Assembly: GCA_013239625.1 (NCBI GenBank)
Contig: MU053934.1
Location: 217,241-281,240, forward strand
Reading direction: 5' to 3'
DNA: 64,000 bases
Source: Lama guanicoe
Taxonomy: Eukaryota
Shown: positions 38,926 through 52,439 of the stretch, one piece after another
Position numbering within the stretch: the first letter of the stretch is position 1
Layout of the letters: every line of letters begins with the position of its first letter
Notes under the pieces: model-generated
The model's database searches: none
What the model saw: the letters and a program-made list of their open reading frames with translations, nothing else
Told to the model about the DNA's origin: nothing
Translations under genes and position numbers: made by a program

Positions 38926-40819
38926 AAAAGAAACATTGTCTATAACCCATCAACCCAGCCCATCTGGAGAACTCTGTGTCAGTGGGGTGGAGGATGCTAC
39001 TAGTTAACCTCTCCAGGTAAACTCCAGGAGCAGGTAGCTCTAGCGCGGATCACGGATGCTTCTAGTGCTTTTTCCCACCCCCAGGAAAGCTCCAGGGTGC
39101 ACAGAGGGAGTCTGCCAATCCCAGCTGTGTAGCAAACCAGCTGTCCTTATATACCAGCAGGCGGATTTGAAAATGTGATAACCGGGGGCTGTACTAGGTC
39201 TGAGCAGAGAAAGCAACAATGCTCTTCCAACCTTGTATTTATTCTATTCAGCTCTTTTAAAACAGAAAAGACTTTAATGGTAGCATTCAATGCATGTCTG
39301 AGTGCAGGGTGGCTATACTAAGGAAAACACAGAGTATCACATTACTGTTTACTAAACATCTGAAAAGTACTGCTCCACAGCCAGAGGTGCCCCCGGCTAG
39401 TGGGTGCAGAATAATAAAACATCTCCTGAGAAGATGCAGCACAAAAGGGGATTTAAACAGCCCTGAATGGGTTGAAAAGGGCTGTTTCTGAACTTGCACG
39501 TCTCACCGCTCCCACTTTCCCGGTTTGGCTCCAGCTAAATGCACCCTGGGCGTCACAGAAGTTTGTATGAGCTGCGGAGGGCTTAGTAATTATTCTGGGA
39601 CCACCGAGTTTGACAGGTGAAGCCCAGAGAAAGGAATGAGGTGTTGAGGAACATGCCGGCGACGCAAGAGCCGGGACTCCACCACCAACTCTACGCTCCA
39701 CGTCTTTTCTATGCATGAGGTTCCCTAACGTGGCCTCCTCTTCTCTCCTTCAACTTTAATATGATTCTCACCTAGTTCAAATTCAAGCTCTTCTATGCGT
39801 CAATGGTAATCCTGGGCAAATTCTCAGCTCCTCAGTTTCCTCCTCTGTAAAATTACTACAGTAAAGATAACTATTTCTGCAGGCATCACTGGGGCTCTTA
39901 ACCAGGTTGATGCACCCTGCGTTTATACAGCATGTCCTTGAGTTGGAAGCTATGGGCTGTAGTTAAAAAGGTCCTGCTGTCAATCATTTTGCCTCCTGGA
40001 GGCTGCTTGATGAAGCTCCCTGGCCCCTCCAGTTTATTCCTTATTCAGCCAACCCTGATTTCATTCGGGGAAAAACACTCCACCCTTACTGACCTCTGTA
40101 GCTGAGAGATATTCCTTCTGGGAGGAATTAGAATCAGTGTCACTCTGGAAGGTAGAATTAGGCTTTACAAGTGAAGATTGAAGGAAAATAGATTTTGCTT
40201 ATTACAAGCCAGGCCACTGGGGTTCACCACAACAGAAATGAACTGCATTTCCAGGGAGGAGCTTCCAAGCACCGGAAGGGTTCCAGACGAGGCTGCGTGA
40301 TCAGCCCCGACCAGCAGGTATTCACCATGTCCCTGCCGTGACCTGGGCCATGCGCCAACTGCTGGAGACACGCACTGAAGGAAACAGACCTAGTCCTGAC
40401 TTTTCCGATTGTATGATCTCTACAAAAAGCTTCTCAAATGGTTTGGCTGCTGCCTGCTAGGTCCCAGCTGGACTTCCCTGAAGCAGATTCTCCTGGGGTG
40501 AAGCCCAGGGTATTTCTCTGCAAAGGACAGCTCTATGAATGCCGATGCACGGCAGGCTTGGGGACCTTTGGGAGCGGGAAGTCACCTGAGCAGGCATGCT
40601 GTGGGAGGGGGCTTATCTGTACTGAGCAGAACTCTGGATTTGATGACCTCAAAGCTCCCTTCCAACCTGACCATGAGGTCTCTTTATTCTAGACCAGCAA
40701 TGCCTTTTCTCAACATCCTCTCAAGCTGGACCATCCCACCCACGTTAGTTTTGGACATGTGCTGTGTGTGTGTGCACACAGCTGGCCCCAAGGGGAGCCT
40801 GTTTTCTCAGGGCAGCCCC

Positions 40820-41030
40820 TGCTCTGTGAGCACGTTGCCCAGGCACCATGATATGTGCTTTCCTTGCCTCATCTCCGAACCCCTTACAACAACCCCACAA
40901 GGTGGGCACAGGGCTCGTCTCTCAGAAGGCAAACTGAGGTTTAGGGAGGGAAAGTCAATGTCAGAGACATGTGGCTAAGGACCTCAGAGCTGGAGTTGTG
41001 TTCAGGTCTCTCTGTTGCAAAAGCCCATGT
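40820..41030 (-). mobile_element. MIR
   Basis: cttacaacaacccc...aggcaaactgagg...cagagctggag. Confidence 0.6.
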
Positions 41031-41927
41031 TTTACACCTAGACTCGTGCTTAGGAACAATCTGCAGGGCCTTTCTCTCTCCAGGGGAAGGGCTGCAGCGG
41101 GTAAAGCTCCGAAGGGCACAGACAGAAAGGGCGGAAAGGCTCTCCAGGTGTATTTGATCAGCCCACCTTTTCCTGCCCAGGGTGCCTCCTGGGGCTGCAG
41201 GCAGGGGTCTGGGGCTCTGCAGGGTCCTCTGGTCCCCATCGGGCACTCTGAGTCCAAGTTCCTTCAGCCTTTATCCCAGGGTGCCAAGCTGAGAGCGCAG
41301 CCCACCCAGGGGCACCGAGGGAGAACAGAGAAGGCAGCCCTGAGACTCAGAAAAGAGCCTCCGGATGACGATTCTCTCTGGTGAGATGTAGGAACAAGTG
41401 TCCCCACCCCCCAAGTCAGCCCCGAGCGGGCCCCTGCCAACTTAACTCACGTTTAAAAACTCCTGCTCGATCTCAAATAATGATTTCTCTCCTCTTCCTT
41501 CCGTGATCTTTGGTCTCGGGGAATGGGAAAAACTAAAAAGGGACAGACGCGGAGCCAGCCGCTGGGCTCTCTTCCAAGGCTGCTTTCATCACACAGGCTC
41601 CCAGGATGCTGGCTTCTTCACCTCTTAGACGCGGCCTCAGCTGGGGGAGCAGAGCCGGCCTGGACCCGGCTGTCACCTCCAACCGTGGGCTTCTTGGATC
41701 TGCCTCTTTTTAAAAACACAATCAGTGGGCGTCTCTCAGATCCTTCACTCTCGGACACTCCTTGAATCAGTAATAACCGTGCCTGGGAGCAGTGCCCTAA
41801 CCTTCCTAGTGGGGTTGCGGAAAAAGCACCTCTTGCAGGATTTGAAGGGCAATGTTCAGGATCTGGCTTTTCCAATTATCAACTGTGCGACCCGGGCCCA
41901 AAGGACTCAATTTTGGGGTGCGTAGGA

Positions 41928-42305
41928 GACTGTGAGGGCTGCTCTAACCCATCCCCACAGACTGGCGGCTTAAACAGCAGACACCTGTGTTCTCACAGTT
42001 CTGGAGGCTGAGAAGTTTGCGATCAAGATTTGGGCAGGCTGTTCCTTCCACGGTCTCTCTCCTGGGCCCGTACACGGCCATCTTCTCCCTGGGTCTTCAC
42101 AGGGTCACCCCTCCGTGTGTCTGTGTCTTAATCACCTCTTCTTACAAGAACACTAGTCATTCCACGTTAGGCCCGCTCTAATGACCTCATTTTACCAAAT
42201 TCTCTCTCTAAAGATCCTAACTCCAGGTACAGTCACATTCTGAGGCATTGCGGGTTACGCCTTCAATGTATGAACTTTGGGGCGACGTAACTCAGCCACA
42301 CCACA
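41928..42305 (-). mobile_element. MLT1B-like LTR
   Basis: ttctcacagttctggaggctgagaagt...taatcacctcttcttacaagaacactagtcat...taatgacctcatttta...acagtcacattctgagg. Confidence 0.85.
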
Positions 42306-42539
42306 GGGCAAGGTCACCAACCACTCACACTGACAAATGTGGAGCCGTGACTCTGAAAGGACTGAGAGGGAGGGGTCCAGAGTGAGGTCAGGGTCCACAA
42401 GGGGATGAGGCCAGGAGGTCGTCTGAAGAAATAAGGATTACATCGAGGTCTGAAGGAAGGTGGTTAGGGTGTCAAGGCCGGGGGAACAGTGTGTGTTAAA
42501 ACCTTGCCGTGGGAAGCTTGGCAGGGACGAGCGCTGAGC

Positions 42540-43290
42540 TGTCACAGGAGGAGACTTGGTGCTTGCTCCTGCTTCCTGGCACGGAGCTCCTAAAATCCTT
42601 GGAATTTCCTGAGTGATAAGAACATCTTTTGTTCTAATGAGGAAACCCTTTGGCAGCCCCTTCACAATGGCTTCAGGATGCAGGCTGGTTGCCAGAAGAG
42701 TCAAGCTTTGATGGGAAGAATGGAACATTCGGCTCCAGCTCCACCCCCTAGCCTCCAGGGAAGAGGCGGGAGGGGCTGGAGCCTGAGTTCACTGCTGATG
42801 GCCAATGACTGTCAACCATGCCTACATGATGAAGCCCCCCTGCAAACCCCTAAACGACAGGCTGCAGAGAGCTTCTGAGCGGGGGAGCACACGGAGGTTC
42901 TAGGAGGGCGGTGGGTCGTAGAGGGGATGCTCCACCCCTCATACCCTGCCTGGTGCATCTTTTCCATGTGGCTGGGTCTGAATTGTATCCTTCATAATAA
43001 ACCAGTGGCAGTAAGTAAAGCACCTTCCTGAGCTCCATGAGGCCTTCTAGCAAAGTAGCAAACCCACCTGGGGGGGGGTCTTGGAAACCCCTGACTTTGG
43101 AGCCAAGCTGAACAGAAGCGTGGGTAACCCAGGGACCCAACACTTGAGACTAGTGTCTGAAGTATCTGCAGTCTTGCGGGTCTGAGTCCTTAACCCGCGG
43201 GGTCTGACGCTGACAGCAGGCGGTCGTGAAAGACTGTCAACTGGTGTTTTCAGAGAACTGGAGAATTAATGGGTGTCAGGAGAACACACC
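42540..43290 (+). mobile_element. MER21-like ERVL LTR
   Basis: ttcctggcacggagctcctaaaatccttggaatttcctgagtgataag...atggccaatgact..caaccatgccta...ttgtatccttcataataaacc. Confidence 0.85.
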
Positions 43291-44239
43291 TCTCAAAGGA
43301 CTAAAGGCCAGTGTGACTGAGACACACAGACCACGGGGAGGAGGGTGAGCTGGCAGTGGGGTGACGAGGCTGAAGCTGGCAGGGCGTGCTCGCGGGGCCC
43401 AGAAGGAGGTCTCTCCAGGCAGGACACGCGAGGGTCTTAGGCAGGCAGGACCAGCCTGTTGCACAGCTTGGGAGCACCATTTGCAAAGAAGACAGTGGGA
43501 ACAGTGCCTCTCGGAGTAGCAGCATGGTGGTGCTGTAAGTAAGCAGCCAATGAGATAAGGATTCTATTCTGAAAAGCATATTCTTGCTGCTGTCTGGGAA
43601 AGGAACAACGGATGATTTGCGGGGTTAGAGACCAAGGGTTTCACTTTTCTTCTTTTCTTTAAGAAAGATCATGTTAGAGACACACAAGCCTGGGCAGGAG
43701 GTTAAGTGCTGTACACACACATCACAGTCATCAAACATCTCCTGAGGCACCTGTGCGCAGGTGACGTGCTCGGGCCAAGCGCCACACCGAGAGGCAGAAA
43801 TGGGAGCGCTCACCTCCCCTGCACCTGGTAAGGGGATGGGTCGTGTGGGAAAAGGGTGCAGACTCCACTGCTCTTGTAACCCCAGGTGTCCCGGGGCTCA
43901 GCACAGTGTGGATGGCGTCCAAGGGCTCTCTTCCTGCTCACTGAATGTTCACGTCGGAAAAACAACTTAGTTTGTGTTTGGACCCAATCAGGCTCCAAGA
44001 AAGAGGCGGTAGGGGCGACTTTAAGAAATCATTAAGGTACGTGTCCTGGGGGATGCAGAAGAGGTGCTGCTGGGTGTCACTAAGGAGCAGGCAGACTGCA
44101 CCAAAACAAAAGGCCCCTGCAACACAAATCAGCACAGGCAGGAGGGGAGGGAGGCGAGGAGGAGAGGACACAAGGGGGACATTCTCAGGCAGGACCACTC
44201 ACTCGTGCACGCTCTGGAGTCAAGGTGGGGAAAGACGTG

Positions 44240-44625
44240 GAATAATAATACAACAATATAACGTATCCAGCCATGAAAAGGAACGAAGTACGATACTTGC
44301 CACAGCCTGGATGAACCTCACACACATTGTGCTCGGTCAAAGAAGCCACACACAAAAGATCACATACTATATGATTCCTCTTATATGATACGTCCAGAAC
44401 AGGCAAGTCCGTAAAGACAGAAAGCAGATTAGAGGTTAATGGGAGATGGGTGGAGGGGAGATGTGGAATGATTATTTGATGAGGACAGGGTGATTAAAAA
44501 AAATCTTAAAACTAGAGAGAGGAGTCAACTGCATAATGTTGTAAATAACTCAACACCACTGAAATTGCACATTGAAAAATAGCTACTTACATAAAATTGT
44601 GTAAATTTCACCTTAACAGAAAATG
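44240..44625 (+). mobile_element. L1MB-like 3' end
   Basis: aaaaggaacgaagtac...tggatgaacctc...aagaagcca...tatgattcc...gtccagaacaggcaa...gacagaaagcagattagaggtt. Confidence 0.85.
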
Positions 44626-44699
44626 ATCACCATACAGGGAGCAGGGAAGTAATCACTGGAATAGGGCAGTAGTAATTTTACAAAGTTTTACCCTATTGA

Positions 44700-45075
44700 G
44701 TCTTTGCTACAAATGCTGGGGTGCCCGGGACTCCCTCACTCCCCCGGGCTCTCCTGGCCTCCAGCCTCCCTAGCCTCTCCGTGTCCTTGGCAATCTCCTC
44801 CAGGCCCTTGCTTTAAATGCCACCTATACGTTGACAACTTCAAAATTTATATCTCCGGTCTGCCCTCTACACGGAGTTCCAGAACCATAAATTCAACTGC
44901 CCACCTGACACCTCTACTTTGAACATCTAATAGGCACCTCAGGCTTAAATAGCCCAAATCGAAATCTTGATTTTTTTTCTCTTCCCGAACCGTGTCTCCC
45001 AGATCAGGAAAGACCAGCTCCCTCTCTCAATCCGCCCAGTTGCTTAGACTAGAAATTATGGAGTCCTTCTTCCCC
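44700..45075 (+). mobile_element. L2 fragment
   Basis: gctttaaatgccacctatacgttgacaac...catctaataggcacctca. Confidence 0.75.
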
Positions 45076-47747
45076 AAGCTTTAACGAAGTACAATATAAT
45101 TCAATACATTCATCCATCTTAGGCGCAGTTTGAGAAATTTTGGTAGTTGTGCGCAGCCAGGTAACTATCATCATCAGGATACAGAACTATTCCAACAGCA
45201 TACTATTTTTGAGATTTATCTGAATTGTTACATGTATTATTATCACATGCTTTTTCATAGCTGAGGGGTATTCCAATGTATGGATAAAACATAATTTGGG
45301 TGGAATCAAGAGTTCTGTTTTGCTGGTTACATCTGAGATCCAAATGGCAGATCTGGATCTTAAATGATATTTGAGAACATGAGCTCATCCACAGGAGAGG
45401 TGAATGGAGAAGACGGCCAAGGTGGAGGGCTGGGCCCTCCCAGCGCTTAGCTGTTGAACAAAGGAGGAGGAGAAGCCGGGGAAGGACTCTTCCACAATGA
45501 GGACGTGCACGCTGCCCCCCAACCCCGTAAAGCGCAGAAGGTCTCCACGTGGTGTTGGGTCAAGTGGAGCCAACGGGATCCTAGACTGTCACTGTCCTAG
45601 ATCTTTCTAGACCAAAAATTTGCAGGCAAGCCGCCTTGACTCCAAAGCCCATATTTACCACCATTTAATTACAGCTGCCACCGCCCTTCCTTCACCAGAT
45701 GATCTCTCTATGGTGAGTTTCGTAACTGACCTCCTTAGCATCCTCAGTGAAAAACCAGTCTCCTCTCACTGACTCTGGGTTGAAATGCCTGGTACACATG
45801 TGTCATGATGTGCATTCCTGCATGAGAGAAACCAGTGCCGGTCTTTCCCCTGGGTGGGGAGCCAGCGCACTTCTGAAGAAGGGCGAGCCCCAAACCACAT
45901 GCGTCCTCGTCAGTGACCTGAGCACAGCTGTTCAGGCAAGAAGGCTGTGCCCGTGTTCAGCGAGGCCCCTCTGTGTCACAGGAAACTCCTGCATTGAGGA
46001 TGCTGCTTTCATACTCTGGTAAAAACCTGGTGCAGCAGCACGGCACAGGGTATCAGAGGTGCAAGGGCCTGGGGGATATCTGGGACCAAGATTTTCATCT
46101 GAATGATGAGACAGCTGAAGCAGAGAGGGCTTGTGGCCAAACCGAGGCCACGTGGTGAGGACGCGCTCCTCCTTCACACTGTGCTGTTTGTTGCCTTTGC
46201 CAGCACGCAGCATGAATCGAGCACCTGCTATTTGCCAGCCACTGGCCTAAGAAAGGAGGAGACACTTTCGTAGGCACCATGAGGCTCCCTGACGTTTTAG
46301 CATTTTATAGTACATTTTGCAGAAGTCAGTTCAGATGTTCCAAGACCAACAGTAATAGAAGTATCATATCCTAGGATGCCTAGAGGACAATTGCCAAGAT
46401 GGGTTGGCTGGGAAAGCTCTAAGGGGAAGGGACACTTCGAGCTGAGCCCGGGAGGGAACCACTAACATATATTTAGTACCTCTTAGATACTGTGCTAGGT
46501 ACTTAACCCTGTAACCAAACTGCAAGGCTCAGGGATGGAAGGTAACTTGCCCAGATTTGCACAGCTAAGTGGTAAATGATGGAACGGGATCCGAGTGTGA
46601 CCCTGAAGCATCAATGCTGTTTTACTGGGATGAAATTAAAGGAGAAGGAGAAGAGAGAAGATTAAAAGAAGTTGCTGCATCTCAGAAGTGCCAGAGATGG
46701 CAAGTAAGAGCGATCAGATGCTGAGAACTTACGCGTGGATGATTTGTGAATTTGGTACAGATTCACTGTCTTTGGGGACATCTCACTGTACAGTGACAAC
46801 TCAACCAACAGGTAAGCAGATGCCGGGGAAAGAGCTGGGCTGCACTGTGCACCGAATGCACGAGTACCGGGCCTTGTGCTAGACCCTGGGTACCAAACCT
46901 AGAGGTAAGACAGGGTTCTCCCCCTTGGAAAGGCTGTGGTTTCATCAAGGAGACAAAGCACGTGACCAAATAGATGGGAAGGCGTGTTAGAGAGGCACAC
47001 TAACAAAGGCAGACTTTAGAAGGAAATCTGAAAGCCATACAAATAGGAGATGTTAATACAATCAAAAATACTACACTGGGAAAAACCTTAGAGATCATCT
47101 CAGCCAATCTTTTCACCATACGACAGATGAATCAGCTGCAGCGAGGGGAGATGACGTTCTCAAGATCACGCAGCCGAGGAAGGACCAGAACCCTTGTTTC
47201 TTAACAAAATCGTGCTTCTCAGCTGCTCCATGTCAACTTGGAAATGAAGGCTGCTGAAATTAACAGCTGGAATTGGGTGTATAGATGGAGCTTGGCTTCC
47301 TTCAGGCCCTAATACAGACTACGCTCACCCAACATGCCCACGTGCTGAGCAGCAAACGTGCCACATGAACCACTGGGGGTTCTGCTCGTGAAGCCACCCT
47401 GCATAAGCCTGCTCACTGCCATTCTCCCGGGAGACAGTCCTCTCTTAGCAAGCCAAGGACAACACACCCGTAATAGTCAGCTAATGGTCTTCTCTTGGCA
47501 TGGCATTCAATCACCAACCATAACAACACACAAGACCTTGCCTCTTAATAGTTTTGATATCCTTTCTGATAGAGACTACATGGAGGTTTCCAAGTTCAAG
47601 GTAGAAAATAATTTTGTCTGGCAAAGTTACAGAGATGGTCGGTTGGTCAGTGGTAGGGGAGAGCAAAAGGCAGGGATGCATGTTTATGTGAGGACCACTG
47701 GGCAGTCACTTTTAATAAGGAGCCAGAGACTGCATTTCAATTTAAGT

Positions 47748-47890
47748 TCACCCATCCATCCATCCATCCACCCATCATCCATCATCCATCCACCCATCTA
47801 TCCATTCATCCACCTACCATCCATCCATCATCCATCCACCCATCCCTCCATCCATCAGCCATCCATCCATCCATCCACTCATGCATTCAT
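47748..47890 (+). repeat. (ATCC)n imperfect microsatellite at the tail of a minus-strand L2 (L2 about 47880-48300)
   Basis: Direct reading; followed by attatgtgccaagtactgttctgggc...gctgaggtgacatttgag. Confidence 0.9.
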
Positions 47891-50208
47891 CCAAGTGCCA
47901 ATTATGTGCCAAGTACTGTTCTGGGCTCTGAGCCATAAACAACAACAATAACAAAGCTCCAAACTCAACAGTCCCTGTCTCAGCAGCACATTCGTTCTAG
48001 TGGGGGAGCTAGACCACAAGTAGGTGTATGACTAAAGGCCAAGTGGTGCTAAGACATACCAGAAAAGTAAAACAGATGAAGGGATGGAGAGTGATGGGGG
48101 CAGGGCTCTCCACTAGAGAAGATGGGGGGTGGTTGGGAAAGCACAGCTGAGGTGACATTTGAGGAGAAAGGAAATTTTCCCTGCTCAGTGGGATGCCAAG
48201 GGAGGAGGAGTGAGTGTTGGATGAACAGGGAGACTCCGGGGCCAAGGCCTCCAGGAAAGGCACTGTGGGGGCCGCTCGGGCACACCTGTCCCAGGTGAGC
48301 GGCTCCATAAGAAAGCTGTTGTCGCCGGCTCGATCTGGAAAAGGTCACTGATTTTGTAGCGAGTGGCGGGTGGAAGTCGGCCTGGGATGACATTTGTTCC
48401 TTATTTAGGGCTCGGGGCTGCCTGAGAATGAATAGGTCAGGAAGGGATGTGGCTGCGTGGGGCATATGTCAGAGTCACTTTTCAGAGCCATCGGAGGAGG
48501 GGAAGAAAGCCCGACTCAGAGAGAGATGGAAAACTGCAGAAAAATGACCCTCCCTCGGCCCAGAGGTTTAGCGGTTTGAGAGGCACTCCTTTCAAGGTGG
48601 CTTCAGCTTTCCCATCCTGTTTCCTTAGTCAAAATGACAACCATTTCAATTCATTTATATCATAGCTTCCAAAATGCTCTTTTTCCTTTCTCTAGAAATT
48701 AACTCTGGATAATCTGCTAGGGAGGACCCTCCAGACACCCAGCAGAGTTGAGTCACAGTGTCGGACTGTCCGAAGGCCAGCAGGGGAATCGCAGGCTTCT
48801 GTGCACCTGAGCCGCACCCTCTGCTCCTGCAGTCAAGTCCCGTGTCCAGCCTCCTGCTTGTCCCTCTGGACGCTGAGCGGAAGAGCCTCGTAAGACTCTC
48901 CACTGCATGCATATATCGCAGGGGTGCTGCTGAGAACACTGCCCCCTGCAGGGCTAGGTCGGTATTCCTTCTGGGAGGTCCCAGGTGAGAGACTCCTTTC
49001 AAAACTAAACAACAGGATTAACACGAGTCCACTGAAAGTAAACGACAGATGTTCTTTTGGAGCAAGAAACCTCTAACTGACTGAGCAGACTGCCAAAAAG
49101 CTCAGAGGTCAACTTTAAAGACAGAGTTCATACATTACCGTATCTCTTCTGAAAAGTTGCCTAAAATCTTTTATAAAATAAAGTAGGCTACACATGAGTA
49201 ACAAATGACACTGAGTATTTGTACAAACAGTGCTATTAGATCCCTGTCTGCTTAAACATCTTACATGGTCTCTGACTGTGACTTGCTGTACGTGAGTTTT
49301 TGAAAATGATTTTCCCATTTCCAGCTTCTAGTCGTGGGCCAGGGACAAGCTGACTTCACTGTCACCATACAAAGGTCTGGGACTGTCTGAGAGCTCTGGC
49401 TTTGAGATGCTGTCTTTTCGCTGAATTCCAAACGTGGGCAGCTACACATGCTTAGTCTAGCCTTCCAGAGAGCAACCAGAATGACCCCACCCCGGTGGTG
49501 GAGTCTATAAAGCTACAGCTCATGCACAGAGAGTCAAACACAGCCCAGGAGAGAAGAGCTCAGCCTTATCACCCAGGGACCAGGCCCTGCACATTAACCT
49601 GGACCCGGACACATCTGACCAGCAGCCTCTTCATTCTGTCTCTGTGTCTGTCTGTCTGTCTCTCTCTCCTGGATCCTGGTTTCTTCATTGGTTCTAGCTA
49701 AACTCATGCAGGAGTAACTTTGTTCTGACCTCCAGTCCCTATGACCAAACATTTCACTTCCCGAAGTTTCCACTACATGTCTGGGTTTTCTCAAAACCTG
49801 AAAAATGGGAAAAACCAGTCATCTTATCCTTTTCCCACAGCAGTTTGAACAGGCATCAGAGGCTCTCTTCACTGAAATACACTTAATCCATGCACTGGAT
49901 TAAGCAACTGAAATAACATGAAGGGTCAGATTTGCAAGGACCAGAGCTCCTTCCTAGCGTCAAGTGATCATGAGGCATGAGGAAGGCGGAGAGGAGCCAG
50001 GACGGCCAGCGTCACGCCCCATTCCTCGCCACGCTGGAGATCAGATGTAACATACAAGGCCTCTGAGCTACGAATCTGCCATCACTACACTAAAGGCACC
50101 TGTGTCAGCCAACACATCCCTATTTTATACTCCAGCACTCACACTATTTATGTGCTGCTGTCCAGGGGGCCATGTCCCATAAACCCACTGATTAGAGTGT
50201 TTACCATA

Positions 50209-50575
50209 CGCTATGGACTGAATATTTGTGCCCCACCCCCAAATTCATGCGCTGAAATGTAATCCCTAAGCTGATGCCACTTGGAGGTGGGGCCTTTAAA
50301 AGAGGGTTAGGTCATGATGGTGGCGCGTCATGAATGGAATCAGTGTTCTTACAAAGGAGACCCCTGAGAGGTCCTTGGGCCCTTCCCCTTCCTGAAGACA
50401 CAGCCAGAAGACAGCCATCTATGAACCAAGAAGGAGATCCTCACCAGACACCAAATCTGTTGGTGCCTTGATCTTGGACTTCCCAGCCTCCAGAACTGTA
50501 AGAAGTAAATTTGCCTTGTTTCTAAGCCACCCAGTCTACGGTATTGCGTTACCGCAGTCCATGTGAACTAAGACA
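50209..50575 (+). mobile_element. MLT1A0-like LTR
   Basis: gctatggactgaat...ggaggtggggcctt...cagccatctatgaacca...gccttgatcttggacttcccagcctccagaactgt...actaagaca. Confidence 0.9.
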
Positions 50576-50879
50576 CTGTACCAATTGTAGACAGACCAGG
50601 TCCGGGCTGCTAAAAGTGATCCACGGATAAGAACTCTCTCCTGGTAGGCACTGTGAGTGTGTCTGACAAAAGGTCCACCATCATTACATTAATAAGACGA
50701 CCAGGTCACCTTTCTTTCTTTCCTGGGTCCAGAAAGGGAGGGACTGGATTGCACTCTATACTGACTGAAGCACACAGCATGCAGAGCAAAGTCCACCCGG
50801 AGCCTTGCTCCAGCACGTCCCCCCACCCCATCCCCGGCCCCTCACCCATCAGGCTGCGCGTTTACCAAGGGCAAGTGGT

Positions 50880-51320
50880 GGTTGCTTCTCAACCTGTTTG
50901 CGCCAGCTCTTGGTGTGGCAATTAAGTCTGCTAAGTAAATATTATGTAAGTGGATTAGCGACGAGTGTGATAAGAGGGTTGTTGCTCTGAAAAACTGAAC
51001 TGAATTCTTGAAAAGATAAAAGATTTGATAAGGGTGAGTGCTGAAAAAAATGCTATTGAATTAGACAACTCAGAAAGGTGGTGAAAATCTAGTTGGATTC
51101 TGCATTCCTGTGCTTGAAGGATGCCTTTAAATATTAACTCTGCTTTCCATAACTGGAATTGGAAATAATGTCATTAATATTAATGTTATATTATGTTATG
51201 TTATATATACGTATATTAATATTAATATAACATTAAGGGTACAGGCGATGTAAGGAAAATGCCACATAACTGACCCAAAGTGGACTCCGACTCACAGAAA
51301 AAGCTCTGGCTCTAACATAC
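50880..51320 (+). mobile_element. Tigger13a-like TcMar fossil
   Basis: gttgttg..ctgaaaaactgaa...tgataagggtgagt.gctgaaaaaaatgctattgaattag...aaaatctag.tggattctgca...actcacagaaaaagctctggc, degenerate transposase 5' sequence. Confidence 0.7.
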
Positions 51321-52439
51321 CTCCATTTGGGGCAATTCTCCTATCATACAGCGATGATTCGTTTGCATGTTTGTTTGTAGATTATGGCCAGCTTGGTGAC
51401 AGTCTGAGCAGTTACTGCAGACAGTGTCAGAAATAAGCAAGGAGGGAGCTGAGTTCTAGGCCAGACCAAATTGTTCTGAGACCTTGACCTCCACTTCTGG
51501 GAATGATTTCCAGGAGGTAATCCCAAAGGCCCCGCTGAGTTCTGACAGCCTCGGAGACTATGGCCGCCAATTATCTCATAGCTGCTTAAGACCCAGATGT
51601 AATCATTAACCCACCGGAACCCAAAAACCTCCCGTACGATCCAAGAACTCTGACCTACCTTATTTGCTGCATCAATACCTCCCACGTTGGGTACTTTTCT
51701 CATCTTTCTTAGAGACAGGCAGATTTTAGAAATAGCACTGTCTTAATAGTTTCAAACATAAAGTTCTGTGTTTTGCCTGGGACTTCTACATCTATGCCTA
51801 AATCAAAGTGTAGACGAGTCCCAAAGATCTTATAAAGTCCTCTTTGTCATTGTACCTGACGTTTTCCATTTCAATTAACTTCCCACTGAGGTGTCACTGA
51901 ATGAAAGGCATGAGAGAAATGGAGGGATCTGTTATAAACGCAACTTTTTAGTCCCCGAGAGATTCTAATTCCATTCCATTTATGTGGTTTGTGATTGATG
52001 AGGACCCAGTAACTTAGGTGTAGGGCTCCTCATGATGAATCATTTTAAAGGGCCTCTACATGGGGGCAGCTGCAGCTCTGATCTGAGGGGACCCAACACA
52101 CTGTCCGGTCACCTTTTGTAGATTTCGAATCATGTGCCAGGTGAGAACTGGGAAGTCAAAGGGAGCCAGAGAGCGAGACGTAGACTGGGAACAGGAGAGC
52201 TGATCAAGTCAAACTTCCGGAACGTACACAACTTGGGCAGAGAGAAGCTGCTTTCCTTGCACGCTTGCAGTCTGGAAACTTCTGTAGCCTGGGGTGTGTG
52301 TGCAGAGATGGAAGGCTGGTCTTGGCTTGTATGCAGAGGTGAGTGTACATCAGGTTTGCTCAACAGGAGAAAATATGAAAATAATCCTTGTCCTATTTAT
52401 CCTTTGAGTTTTTAAGAACCGTAATGGCAACAGCAAAAA

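Noticed and set aside
47358..47951. Longest ORF (197 aa, plus strand)
   Set aside because: It stays open because it runs through the stop-free (ATCC)n array into an L2. Low-complexity HPSI repeats, no domain, and antisense to the host gene.
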